A stretch of 60,148 bases of DNA from Octopus bimaculoides (taxonomy: Eukaryota), in NCBI RefSeq assembly GCF_001194135.2, contig NC_068983.1:107357832-107417979 (forward strand), given 5' to 3'. This document shows, piece after piece, positions 36,915 to 49,927 of the stretch. Position numbers and translations under genes: made by a program. Within the stretch, counting starts at the first letter, position 1. Every line of letters starts with the position of its first letter. The notes below the pieces were generated by a model. The model had not been told where the DNA came from, ran no database searches, and was given only the letters and a program-made list of their open reading frames with translations.

Positions 36915-38120
36915 TAAAAACCTACATAATATGAAACTGTTAAAAAATACATATTGTTTAAAATTGTACAGATTGAAGCAATTTATGAAATGAAATTTAT
37001 GCAGTTGTAGGTCTTTTTTTTTACTTTTTTTGATTCACAAAATGTAACTAAATATTTGTTCTTCTTTGCTCATTACTTTACTGTCAAACTTTCAAGACTG
37101 GATTTTTAATTTTTGATAAGGTTTAAATAGGTTTGCAATACAAGTCATGCTTATGTGTATCGATCAGCTGTCATATGTTGCTATGCAGCCCTAGTTCCCT
37201 TAATTCCCATTAAATAACCCTATAATCAAAGGCATTCCAGTGTAATCATACCACCTTTTGTTTCTAGACAGTGGGCTATATTATCAAATATTTCCTTCCT
37301 TTTTTTAAGATAATATAGTGTAGTGTTGAAGATGATTTCACTGCTATTTTTATATATGTCAAAATTCAGATGTAGAGTTCTCAGGTATGAGCTAACAGTC
37401 TAAATAAATTATTATAATTACTATACTAGATGAATTTCTTTGATCTATTTCAAATGAAATCACATGTAGTGTTGGATGGCCTTCAGAAAGAGAACTCCTG
37501 TAGTACTTATAAGATGTTGAAGAATAAGCTGGACAACCTGAATGCTTCCAAGGTAACTATTTGAAAGGAAATAATTCCCAAATATAAGTAATACATGAAA
37601 TACATTCTGTACTGAATTGCTGGTGCATTATTTAAGCCTGCTTTGCAGATTTTTTTGACATCACTTTGTAAATCCACTCCTTAATGTAAATTTACTCCAT
37701 ATAAAACTGACTGTTAATCTGTTTTGCTTTTATAGTGTCAAAAAGAAGAATGCTCAAAAACATGTCACCACTTCATCACAATATATATGTTTAACTTATT
37801 GACTGACAGCATCAAGAATTGAAATTTTGTTTTGTCATGATATACTCATCAATTGACCCATTAAAGAGATATTCTAGGACTTAACAATAATTTTTTTACC
37901 AACCGCCTAAATTATATATTTTAGTTCTCAGTAGCAGTCAAGAACTAATTTGACCGATCTCAAAATTCGTATCCCTTGATTATAAATCGGTATGATAACT
38001 GAAAAGTAAAAATAAAATATAATAAAAATAAAATCATTATTTTTAGAATAGTTTTTCCCAATTCAAGATGGATTATTGGCAGAGTCTTAGAATGTTGGAT
38101 AGAATGCCTTGCAGTATTTG

Positions 38121-38219
38121 TCCTGATCCTGTATCCTGAGAATCCTGATCCTGTATCCTGAGAATCCTGATCCTGTATCCTGAGAATCCTGATCCTGTAT
38201 CCTGAGAATCCTGATCCTG
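38121..38219. repeat. Perfect 22-bp minisatellite, 4.5 copies
   Basis: Unit tcctgatcctgtatcctgagaa. It lies inside a decayed minus-strand LINE RT start (IPLSWIDSILFIPKDG). Confidence 0.95.
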
Positions 38220-38695
38220 CAGAGGTAAACTTTGGTATCCATCTTTTGGAATGAATAAAATAGAATCAATCCATGACAATGGAATGGTAGAACTACTAAA
38301 TGGCCAGGCGAGATATATCTTCCAGTGTCTTTTCCAACCTTTTATGTTTTGACAGCAACACTTGTGTTAACACATGTGCCAAGTGCTATTTTGGACTGAG
38401 TCAGCAGATTTTTCTTTGGATAAACATCAATGGCAGGAAGATGGAAGATTTACATGTATAGGGAACTGCTAGGTTTTGTCAACAAGTGTTTCCCTGGTCT
38501 GCATATACATGTGCAACTACATGATCAACATTGAATAACAGAGGCTTTATATATATTCATTCACTGAACTAACATTGTGTTTCTTCCTTCCAAGGGCTGA
38601 TGATTTGAACTCAGAACCTAAACCAATGAAGGTAAATGCTGTAAAACATTTTCTCTGACATGCTGCAAGTTCTCTCATCTCCCAACACTTTTGAC

Positions 38696-38755
<60 letters not shown>

Positions 38756-39502
38756 TACAGATATAGATATATATTTAGATAGATAGATAAATAGAGAGAT
38801 AGAGAGATAGACAGATTGCCAGATGTATATATATAGAGAGAAGTTTGATAAAGATTTATTTAATAGTCAAATCCAACTTTGTTCACATTCAGATGTTTTT
38901 CTTTTCTTTCAGAAGTTTTCAGTGGTTGCAGACACTTTCCTAAAATTTAAATTAAATTCTGCAGCTCATATGAAATTGAGAAAATGAAAGACAAACAACA
39001 AAACAGGGAAACATATATGTCAATAAAGTAAAAGAAATAAAATCATTGCAGTTTATTCACTTATACTAAGTATGTAGAACTAGCATAAATATATTTATAT
39101 TGAGAAAGTTTTGAATTTGAGACAACGAAATATTTGTCAAAAGTATTCACACCTTTCATACAAAGGTGTAATTTCACTAGACACTATAGTCATAAAGTAA
39201 AAGCTTCATTATAATAAATGGAAAGTTCAATGATTTGAAAATTCTGGATAAGAAAATCAGACAACTACTTAGCACTTGCCTAGCTGATGAAGCTAATTTG
39301 GTTAGGTTTACCCGTGGTGGTGAAAAGAACTACTGTGGGTCAATAAATGTACTTAGAAGCTAGAAAAGATCTACTGATAAGTGTAATAATGAAATGTGAC
39401 CAGGTGAGCAACTATATCCCCAAATATAACCAGGTAGGTAATTATATCCATTGGCAAATATTCAGAGACTATCACAGATAAAATAAAAGCAACCGTTCAC
39501 AC

Positions 39503-39540
<38 letters not shown>

Positions 39541-39631
39541 GCTAGAGAACAGAGAAGTCGGCTTACAACACCATTTGTATAAAGATTTCCTGAAGAAGTG
39601 GTCCTAAACATGAAATATTGGTTTTAAATTT

Positions 39632-39835
39632 TCGCACAAGGCCAGCAATTTTGGGGGAGGGATTAAATCTATTACACTGAACCCCAGTGTTCAACTGGTA
39701 CTTATTTTACTGACCCTGGAAGGTTGAAAGACAAAGGGTCGACCCTGATGGCATTTGAACTCAAAATGTAAGGACAGATGAAATGCTGCTAAGTATTTTA
39801 CCTGGCATAGTAATGATTCTACCAGCTCACTGCCT
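39632..39835 (-). mobile_element. SINE family B
   Basis: ttcaactggtacttattttactgaccctggaagg...atttgaactcaaaatgtaagg...ctaccagctcactgcc. Confidence 0.82.
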
Positions 39836-40046
39836 TCTAACTCTGAAATATTGAAATACAGGGTAAAAGTACTAATCTGCATCATTTCTTATAACTAGCA
39901 TTATAAAAAACCATACTTAAAAATATATATATATATATCAGACCATGCTTCATGCAAACTAAAAACAAAATAATAATGTGAGAATTTTTTTTGAGACAAA
40001 ACCCTAGGATCAAAATTTTAATTCAAAGCATTATGATCAAGATTTG

Positions 40047-40260
40047 CAAGGTGACAAGCTTGCAGAGTTGTTAGCACTCCGGACAAAATGTTTAGTAGTA
40101 TTTTATCTGTTACTACATTCTGAGTTCAAATTCCACTGACATCGACTTTGCCCTTCTTCCTTTTGGGGTTGATAAATTAAGTACTAGTCAAGTATTGGGG
40201 TCGATATAATTGACTTACTCCCCGCCACCAAATTTCAGCCTTGTGCCTATAGTAGAAAAG
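40047..40260 (+). mobile_element. SINE family B
   Basis: ggtgacaagcttgcagagttgttagcactccggacaaaatg...ggggttgataaattaagtact...atagtagaaaag. Confidence 0.85.
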
Positions 40261-41088
40261 CTTATGATCAAGATTTGTGGGTAGCATAATACTTAAGTGT
40301 AAAACGTATAAGAATATAAAATGTATTACAAAGTTTTAAGTACAAAAAGTAGAGATGTACATTATGTTGTAGCCAAGTAAATATGTCATATTCAAAGGCT
40401 GGAAAGAGAAACAAAAGTATGTTAAGAGACATTTTGGACATTTTTTTTGAGCAAAACATTGCACAGTGAAAAGTGTAAAAAACAATTTGAAGTGCAAGGC
40501 TTTCAAATGCAGCAGAAAAAGATGAAGCATTTAAGAGTAGATATAGTACCAATAAGAATTAATGGACTTGGTAAAGTACAAGAACAAAAATATAAACATT
40601 ATGCCTACAAACGTGACCCTTTTCTTCTCACTGTTATTAGTTTGTACTTTAATAGTTTATATAATATGATTAACTATATTTCCAAATTATACTTCTATGG
40701 AAACAATGATGATGATGATAATGATGATAATAAGGAAGAGGATCCACCGCTTCCTCCTCCTCCTTATCATCGTAATTGCTGTTGTTGTCTTCATCGTCAT
40801 CATCATCATCATCATTATAATGTCTATTATTCCATATTTGCATGACTGATGAAATTCGTTCATCAGATTTTCAATAGCTGGATGCTCTTCCTGCCACTAA
40901 CCCTCACCTGTTTCTAGCAAAGTAATATTTTCCTTAGTCCTTTCAACACGTTTTCATAGAAGGTTGCAAAGAAATGAAACTACTTGTTTATCAGTAATGT
41001 TTGTTTACAATTAGCACACAATGTCAAAACAAGAAGGCACAAACAAGTACATACATATATGCATACGTGTAGGTATATATGTATATAA

Positions 41089-41204
<116 letters not shown>

Positions 41205-41213
41205 ATATATATA

Positions 41214-43134
41214 TCTTAATATATAAAATCTGTTCTGTCTGTCTGTTTGCACACTTATAACTCGAGTATTGTTCATCTGATCGTGCTGAAATTTAAACAT
41301 GGATACATGAGAGAGCTGGGTGTTCCGTAATCTAAAAAGATTTTCAAAATCGTTAGTTTCAAAGTGAGAATTGCTATTTTTGTAATCTTTAATGTCCTGT
41401 TTGCTCCACCATTAAAACAATCAGTTGCTCAGACAGCCAGCCTGTACCATTTTGCTAGCAACAAGGTGAGTACAGGATGACAGTCAGCCAAAAACATCGC
41501 TATGCTGTCTCTCTTCTTTCCTCTCTCTGTGGGGTTAATAATCTTAATCTTTAGTTACAGTTTCTCATTCAAACTACATAATAGACAGAATTGTTGCATT
41601 AAGACAGTAGGGTGTTTTGAGGGAGATTTGGCTGCTATTTCTACCAAGTCTTATGCTTGTATTATGTGACGTACTGTCCTATATATTATATATTCCTTAT
41701 GCTTCCCAAAACCAAGTTACAGATTTTGACGTATGGCATATCGAAAGATTCAATACTATTTTGGCTACAAATTAGACTTAATTTTCATTCACATATTTGC
41801 ATTTCAAAAGTTTAACAATCTTTTCCATAAATCAACTATCATAAAAATTTTAAAAGACATCAATCATCACGACACACACCCTCACTCACTCACTCTATCT
41901 CCCTTTATCACCCTCTTTCTCTCTCACATACACATGCAAGCATGCACACACACATGCACACACACATGCACACACACACACACACGTCCATTTCGTATAA
42001 ACGTACATACATCTTTCACTTTCTTTCTCTGTTCTTTTCGGTTTATCTTCTTTCAATTTCTGTTCTTTTGAAATAAAAGTGTTACAGACACAACTGCTTA
42101 CAAAAGTAGGGATTAATGTATAATTTCTTTCTATGTTGATAATTTTTTGTTTACAATATTGGTAAAAAAATATGCCACCGCAGAAAAAGACGTAATCTCT
42201 CCAGAAACAAGTATAAAGCCAGGAGGATTGTAGAAAACCGAATGTGAGAGTCTGAAGAGAGAAGCTAGATGAGATTTTCTCAACATCAGCAAATGCATGT
42301 TGCTGCACTTAATGCAGGATCATTAAATCAATGTTTTAATGATTAGACAGAAGTCCAATAGAATAGCTCTCAGAAATAGACTACGTACAAATTCGTTCTT
42401 CACAACTCCTGAAGCTGTTTTCAGATATGATCCATCCCATTCTTATAAAAATGATAACTCTGTGCAAATTGGTGTGCTAAACGCAAATTGTCTTTTCTAT
42501 AGAGCTTTAAAATTTTCAAATGAAGCAAATGGTATGTGCTGCTCAGGTGGTCAGGTAACATTGCCAGCACTACTAGCTCCTTCTCAACCTCTTATAGATC
42601 TTCTAGAAGACATTTCCATCCAGTCAAAGGATTTTCTGAACAATATCAGACAATACAACTCTACAAATGACATCGTTTGGTGCACCTAAGAAGATAGATA
42701 AACATGAATTTACAACGACGTTAAAGTTTAAGGGCAAGTCTATCACCTCATTGGTTCCCTGTTATCCACAAATGAACAACCACAGTTCCTCCAAATTTAC
42801 TTTATGAGTGATGGAGGACAACAAACCCAAAGGAGGTGTCAACATTTCAGATGATGGATCGTGTTAGACACAGCGCTGACTGCTGCAAAAAAGAGTATAT
42901 TCACTGACAGCTTCTTGGTGCGTTCAAAAATCACATAACCCCCACAGGTTAGGGCCCGAAATACTTCAAACAGACGCATAGCATGTTGCTTACTCATATT
43001 AGCCCATCATTTACTCCACAAATGTTTTGTTGTCAATGCTGCACTTTCCCATATCACCTGTTTCAACACAACTGTAATATATTATATACAAACTATGCCA
43101 TTTTAATCCTGAGCAATGCCGGGTGTCTCTGCTA

Positions 43135-43135
<1 letters not shown>
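41214..43135 (+). mobile_element. Non-autonomous Helitron with both termini
   Basis: A|TC at 41213/41214 and CTAG|T at 43132-43136. Subterminal hairpin cctgagcaatgccggg. Internal Rep/Helicase N-terminal remnant. Confidence 0.88.
42339..42830 (+). pseudogene. Helitron Rep/Helicase N-terminal remnant
   Basis: C..C.ALKF..EANGMCCSGGQVTLPAL...PL.DLL...SKDFLNNIRQYNS, then frameshifted TTTLKFKGQVYHLIGSLL and PQFLQIYFM. This is the typical Helitron_like_N-proximal pattern. Confidence 0.88.
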
Positions 43136-43168
<33 letters not shown>

Positions 43169-44446
43169 NNNNNNNNNNNNNNNNNNNNNNNNNNNNNNNN
43201 NNNNNNNNNNNNNNNNNNNNNNNNNNNNNNNNNNNNNNNNNNNNNNNNNNNNNNNNNNNNNNNNNNNNNNNNNNNNNNNNNNNNNNNNNNNNNNNNNNNN
43301 NNNNNNNNNNNNNNNNNNNNNNNNNNNNNNNNNNNNNNNNNNNNNNNNNNNNNNNNNNNNNNNNNNNNATAGTGTGCATTTCTGTTTCTCTATTTTATCT
43401 TCATTTTTTCTCTCTATCTATTCTCTCTTTCAGAAGAACAAATGCATGAAACATAAAAGACATTTCTTTTTTTTTTTTTCCTGAGCATCAACCTAGTACA
43501 GTCTGAATTTTTTTTTATCTTGTATTTGTGCTATATTTTTATTTTTTGCCCCATATGTGAATCTATCTATCTATTTATCAATTGATTGATTGATCAATCA
43601 ATCATGGTCTTCTTCCCATTTCCATCTGCCAAATGCATTCACACTGTTTTGGTTACCATGGGTCTGTAGTGGCTTAGAGCTCACAACCACATCGTTATGA
43701 AATTAGCTTCTTAATCACATAGCTCTGCTTGTACCTGTATAGCCCTCTGATTTTTAATTTTTTGTCTCCTTTACTTCTATATATTTGTATCTTATATGTT
43801 TCCTTAAATCCCAAATGCATATATGAGTGGTTCTGTTCCAATCTAGTTTTCTTATTGTTGATATTATTTGTTAAGGAAGAATCCCTAGGGTATCAGAAGA
43901 AAACAAAAATGGTTTGTGGTAATTCGTTCCCGCTCTTTGTGTTTTGAGTTCAAATCTTACTAAGGTTAGCTTTTGCTTTTTTTTCCACTCTAGAGTCAAT
44001 GAAAGGTAATACCAATAAAGTACGATTTATTTTTAATTGGCTAACCATCCCTCCAAATATTTTACTGAGTGCCTATATTAGAAACAGTTATTTTTATTAT
44101 CTTTAGACAGGCAGTTCTTTGGGATCATTAGACTGTCAAACAAAATAATATTGTGGTATTTTATTCTGGGTGTTTATGCTCTGCCAAAACTCTGTTAAGA
44201 TCAAATTCATCTTCCCTCCAATAAAAAAAAGTACCAGTCAAGTACTGCATGGGGGTGGGGGGAGGTGTCAATATAATCAACTGTTTCCGCCTCATCCAAC
44301 TTTGTACATTACCCCCGACAGCCACAGAAGCCTTGGAATAAGTTAGTAAGGCTACCTTTCTTCTCTGATTAAGCTATTGAAAAAAAAAAAAAATAATAAT
44401 AATCAGAAACAAAGCATTTCAGGATTGACCATCTCATTCTTTTATA

Positions 44447-44959
44447 TGAGGAAGTACTGAAAAGTTCCTGGTTTTAAGGGTTTCATGAAAGACCTTTTAC
44501 ACAGCTTAAAAAAACGATTACAGATAAGTCTATCATTATCAATTCATCGCAGGGAAAGTTCACCCGTATTAATTCATTGTGAAGAAAGTTCACCATGAGC
44601 AAAATCTACCAAGAAAATATATCCATAGTATCTCACCATTAATAGTTAGAAACTATTTTATTGAAAAAAAAAAAATGCTGAATTGATGACGGAGAGCTTT
44701 TCTTGCGGTGAATTGATGATAATGAACTTTCTCTGCAGTGGATTGATGATGGTCAACTTTCCCTGCTGTGAATTAATGATGGTGAACCTTCCTTGTGATG
44801 AATTGATGATGGTGAACTCACCAGACATATAGAAAAACAAAAGGACCACTGCAATAAGTGTGTGAATCTGAGAGGGGAATATGTTGCATAAAAATCATAA
44901 TTAACAGAACCTCCTGTATTTTCTTTTACCCAAAGCCAGCAACTTTTCCGCCTCCCTCG
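44447..44959 (+). mobile_element. Mariner-derived MITE
   Basis: TA|tgaggaagtactgaaaagttcctgg ... ccagcaacttttccgcctccctcg|TA. Transposase C-terminus KCVNLRGEYVA* precedes the right TIR. Confidence 0.75.
44517..44830. mobile_element. Foldback-like element with inverted arrays of ~30-bp subrepeats, nested in the mariner MITE
   Basis: About 5 units of gtgaattgatgatggtgaactttccctgc on the right and 2-3 reverse-complement units on the left. Confidence 0.6.
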
Positions 44960-45254
44960 TATATTCAGAACGATACTTCTCAGTGTGTCCTCCTGTTTTA
45001 AAACAATATAGTGAGTATCATGTAGGGGATATTTAGCTGTTCTTACTAACTGGTCCTGACCACTCATTCTATTATTATTTTCAAAATGTATTTGGTGTTG
45101 TAAGTTTGCTGTCCAACTAATTTTGGTCAAGACTGATTTGAAAGGTTTCATAGACAAGGTAATGGTGCTGTATAAACATTTTTCCTTTAATAATATCATT
45201 CATTTATTCAGATACGTTTCATTTATTTATTTTTATTATTTATTCATTTATTTA

Positions 45255-45506
45255 GCTTTTACTTTATGTTTTACTTGTTGCAATTATTAGACTGTGGCCA
45301 TGCTGGACATTGCCTTGAAGAATTTTAGTTGAACACATCGACCCCAGTACTTATTTTTATTTTAAGCTTAGTACTTATTCTATCATTCTCTTTTTCCAAT
45401 AGTCAGCCAGAAGATATAGTACAGAACAATTGACAAAGCAGTCACACAGTGGGACTGAACCCAGAGCCATGTGGTTGGGAAGCAAACTTCTTATCATACA
45501 GCCATA
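45255..45506 (-). mobile_element. SINE family A (internally deleted)
   Basis: 3' part (agactgtggccatgctgg...agtacttattctatc) joined to the head (gggactgaacccagagccatgtggttggg). Confidence 0.75.
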
Positions 45507-46849
45507 CTTTCAATTCTTTCTAATTGTTGGCCTCTAAAAATAAGCTTCTCATTAACTGTACTTTGTGACCAGGTTTGAATGCTTGTTTGACTTATTCTAG
45601 TAACTTCTTAAGAAATGAATGACCTTGACCACCACACAATATCAGTTATCCCAGTATTGTAAATATAAATCCCTCGTGTTTTGTCATAAGAAACCTGTAA
45701 ATCGATATTGTAGCAAGGAAGACACATATTAATATTAGTCATTCAAAAACACCAAAAAACTGTTAACTTCACTTAAACATTTATTACTTGTTATTTAGTG
45801 TCACAATTTTCATTGCACAGTGTGACAAAAATTTTTGACACCAGATAATAAATAATAGATGCTTAAGTGACGTTAACAGTCTTTGTGAGCTTTCAAAAGG
45901 TTAATATGTTTGATTTACACTGTAACCATTTTAGTTTCATTTCACTGTTCCAGATCAAATCATTTGCCTGACAGATGTATACCTCTGAAACCTGCAGATG
46001 TTTCCAAAAGGTCTACCCATTTACAATTGTGGAAAGAAAGAGTGGCAAATATCCTACTGATGTTTGATATGAAGATAGAACTAGCAGAATGTATGTCAAA
46101 GGGCTTGAATTTTATATGAAGCAAGAGCAAATATCTGAATACTGCATTGGATTTTGCTAGACCAGAGGTATTCAAGTGAAATAGACACATAGTGTAGTAT
46201 CCATTTTTATGACAGTAGAACAAGTGAAACTATATGTCACCTGTTGGTTTACTCATTGTTAAATTCCTCTTGTTGAAATGATTTCAGAAATGATACAAAG
46301 AATGTTCAAGATTGCATAAAAAGTAGGAAGATTTAAGATAGACATTAAATTATAATATTGATAAAAATAAATTGTTATTGTAAATATTTATAGAATTCCA
46401 ATTTCAAATAGAATGGCTGTACCAAGGGAAATGTTTGTCTCTATAATGTTAATGTAAAACTGCTGTTTTTCGATATCAAGTTTTGCATTGTGAAAAGACG
46501 AGGAAATGGTAGAAACAGTAGAACCATTTTTCTATGGTTGCAAAAGTCAGACAGAATAAATTTTTCTATGACCACATGTCTTTCCTGTCATCAACCCTCA
46601 TCTGTTGGCATGTAAGGTACTATTTCCCCATGGTTAGACGTGGGTTCCATGGAAGACTGGAAATGAGCAACATAGCTTATATGATAGTGGTACTTGTTTA
46701 TAAGTATCATATAATTTCAAGACAGGGGTACACACACACACACACACATACACACACACACACACACGCTCACACACACATGCACACACATGCATGCACA
46801 CACATATGCATGCACACACATACAAACACATATACACACATATAGACAT

Positions 46850-46899
<50 letters not shown>

Positions 46900-47258
46900 N
46901 NNNNNNNNNNNNNNNNNNNNNNNNNNNNNNNNNNNNNNNNNNNNNNNNNNNNNNNNNNNNNNNNNNNNNNNNNNNNNNNNNNNNNNNNNNNNNNNNNNNN
47001 NNNNNNNNNNNNNNNNNNNNNNNNNNNNNNNNNNNNNNNNNNNNNNNNNNNNNNNNNNNNNNNNNNNNNNNNNNNNNNNNNNNNNNNNNNNNNNNNNNNN
47101 NNNNNNNNNNNNNNNNNNNNNNNNNNNNNNNNNNNNNNNNNNNNNNNNNNNNNNNNNNNNNNNNNNNNNNNNNNNNNNNNNNNNNNNNNNNNNNNNNNNN
47201 NNNNNNNNNNNNNNNNNNNNNNNNNNNNNNNNNNNNNNNNNNNNNNNNNNNNNNNNNN

Positions 47259-47470
47259 GTGTCTGTGTTTGACCCCCAACATCGCTTGACAATCGATGGT
47301 GGTGTGTTTATGTCCCCGTAACTTAGCAGTTCGGTGAAAGAGATCGATAGAATAAGTACTAGGCATACAAAGAAGAAGTCCTGGGGTCGATTTGCTCGAC
47401 TAAAGGTGGTGCCCCAGCATGGCCGCAGTCAAATGACTGAAACAAGTAAAAGATTAAAAGAGTAAAGAGT
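47259..47470 (+). mobile_element. SINE family A, 3' half
   Basis: gtgtttgacccccaacatcgcttgacaatcg...gaaacaagtaaaagattaaaagagt. Confidence 0.9.
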
Positions 47471-47477
47471 GTATGAT

Positions 47478-47640
47478 AGGCTTCTTTCAGTTTTCATCTT
47501 CAAAAATTCATTCACAAGGCTTTAGTTGACCTGAGGCTATAGCACAAAGTAATTGCCGAAGGTGCTGTGTAGTGAAACTGAACTAGTGAACATAGGGTTG
47601 GGAAGAAAGCTTTTTCACCACACAGCCATGCCTGCACCTA
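47478..47640 (-). mobile_element. SINE family A, 5' half
   Basis: ggcttctttcagttttc...accacacagccatgcctgcaccta. Confidence 0.8.
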
Positions 47641-48147
47641 TAGCAGAATGTTAGATTAAACAATTTTCACATTTAGACCTATCACTATGTCGTGGGTTCA
47701 AATCAGAGTACTAGGAGTGATTTTGGTCTTTCATTTCTTTTGGAGTCGATAAACAATGTACCAATCATGTGCTGGCATTGATTAAGCTAACTCTACGTAT
47801 CTTTACAAAAATCATGATTTTTGTATGTCTGTAATAAATAAATATTATAAGTCTCTGTGGTCAATATATCCTGATAAGACTGAACTCTGAATATAATCTA
47901 TATTAAGCAAAGGGGGAACTGGTGCACTTAAACTGGAATCCTTCACTAGACCTAATTACTATTTTATCTGATAAGACAACAAACCACTTCGGTATTGACC
48001 CAGACTAATTTTGCAATTCTTTAGCATTTTGGTACCAGGTCTCCATTAAGAAATTTTTTTTAAATTCAGAAATTTATTATGGTCAACTTTTGTATTTCTA
48101 TTTTTTAAATTTATTTTTGCAAAACTATGAGTCATCAAACATTAATG

Positions 48148-48160
48148 TGTAGTAGTAGTA

Positions 48161-48215
<55 letters not shown>

Positions 48216-48247
48216 TGGTGGTGGTGGTGGTGGTGGTGGAAGTAGTA
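48148..48247. repeat. (AGT)n/(GGT)n microsatellite
   Basis: Visible directly. Confidence 0.95.
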
Positions 48248-48506
48248 TAGGGGTTTAAACTCACAAGCAACATGTTCATAAGGCTTAACCACTACTACTA
48301 CTACTAATATGTTGTATGGCTACAGAAAAAAAAAAAGAGAGACTTTTAATTCTGTTTGCCTCAGTCTAACTAATAAGTTTCCATTTATACTTTAATACCG
48401 AGTAGTTGGCCATAGAAAAGGACATCACCCAATTGGTAAAAAAAATACACAGAAGTGTATAAATCCCAAAATTCAAATGGACTATCTTACATTCCTTTCC
48501 AGACAT

Positions 48507-49068
48507 AGGCGTAGGAGTGGCTGTGTGGTAAGTAGCTTGCTTACCAACCACATGGTTCTGGGTTCATTCCCACTGCGTGGCACCTTGGGCAAGTGTCTTC
48601 TACTATAGCCTCGGGTCGACCAAAGCCTTGTGAGTGGATTTGGTAGACGGAAACTGAAAGAAACCTGTCATATATANNNNNNNNNNNNNNNNNNNNNNNN
48701 NNNNNNNNNNNNNNNNNNNNNNNNNNNNNNNNNNNNNNNNNNNNNNNNNNNNNNNNNNNNNNNNNNNNNNNNNNNNNNNNNNNNNNNNNNNNNNNNNNNN
48801 NNNNNNNNNNNNNNNNNNNNNNNNATATATGTATGTGTGTGTATATGTTTGTGTGTCTGTGTTTGTCCCCCCAGCATCACTTGACAACCGATGGTAGTGT
48901 GTTCATGTCCCCGTAACTTAGCGGTTCAGCAAATGAGACCGATAAAATAAGTACTAGGCTTCCAAAGAATAAGTCCTGGGGTCGATTTGCTCAACTAAAA
49001 GGCTCGACTTCAGCATGCCCGCAATCAAATGACTGAAACAAGTAAAAGAGTATAAAAGAGTAAAGGAG
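48507..49068 (+). mobile_element. SINE family A, full length, N gap in its microsatellite
   Basis: taggcgtaggagtggctgtgtggtaagtagc...ggttcattcc...(TA)n[N](TG)n...gaaacaagtaaaagagtataaaagagt. Confidence 0.92.
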
Positions 49069-49516
49069 TAAAGACAAACAGACATTAAGTTTCACTTCTT
49101 TGGGACTAGTTTTCAGTTCAGTCTTGCTGTATGGTATCTTGAGTATGTGACTTCTATAACAGCCACTGATAGGGCAAACCAATACCTCGTAAATGAAATT
49201 GGTAGATGAATGCATTTCATATTTGTATTTGTCTATCACCACTTAGCAACTGGCATTGGTTTTTTTTTTACATCCCTGAAACTTAGAAATTTGTCAAAAA
49301 GAAACTGATATAATAAGTACCAGATTTAAAAGATTTACTGGGGCCAAGTTGATTCATTGAAATCCAGCATAAATATTGTCCAATGATTGAAACAAATAAA
49401 AGAATAGAATAATTGTATTGGTCCTATTGTTGATTATCCTAAAAACTCTGAAAAAAGGATGCTTGCTGGGAAAGAATTGAGTAGAAGTGAATCATCTGTT
49501 TATGGATTATTTAATG

Positions 49517-49927
49517 CTTGGTCTTGTCAATGATGGATGTTTGACTGCTAGAGATAGCAGCGACTCAACTCCCTACCGGTGATATATTGAAAACAGTGCC
49601 AGAACAGATGCTGGAGTCACGATTAGCCAGTGAGCTTATTCTGTTAGAACAAACTATACTGTGGTAGTTACTATGAGAGAAACTCTCATATTGACTTTTG
49701 GTGCAAAGTGCACTCTTGTTTATATCACTAGCAGGGAGACAAATCTGTGCTATCTTCAGTGCAGAGACCACCAAATTACGTGATTTCAACCTTCCTTGGT
49801 CTTGTGAATGATGGATACTTGACTGCTGGTGGAAGCAGCAACTCTTCTCTCGGCCAGCAATATATAGAAAAACAGTACCAGAACAGGCACTGATGTCACA
49901 ATTAGACAGTGAGCTTGTTAAAGAAAT
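49517..49927 (+). repeat. Diverged ~130-bp direct repeat (period 276 bp), possibly a LINE endonuclease fragment
   Basis: Both units begin cttggtcttgt(c/g)aatgatggat and contain aaaacagt(g/a)ccagaacag...cagtgagctt. Confidence 0.8.

Noticed and set aside
38121-38219. Regular short repeats as a possible CRISPR array (also 44700-44820)
   Set aside because: Head-to-tail tandem units with no unique spacers, in eukaryotic DNA, with no cas genes.
39590-39625. CUGAAGA...GAAA hammerhead-like string
   Set aside because: Stem II and stem III do not pair convincingly. At best a degenerate Penelope relic.
40846-40866. CUGAUGA motif in an 8-bp hairpin
   Set aside because: The motif is sequestered by its own complement and there is no stem II/GAAA arrangement. 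It lies in a family E repeat.
44753-45199. 148-aa minus-strand ORF
   Set aside because: Much of it is the antisense of a mariner 3' end and the foldback array. No recognisable domain.
48265-48319. Minus-strand segment with a strong acceptor and gtgagt donor
   Set aside because: It contains a (GTA)n tract and adjoins a microsatellite, so it is more likely a cryptic site than a coding exon.
48507-48580. tRNA-like A/B boxes at SINE heads
   Set aside because: They do not form a complete cloverleaf and continue into SINE bodies, so they are not tRNA genes.
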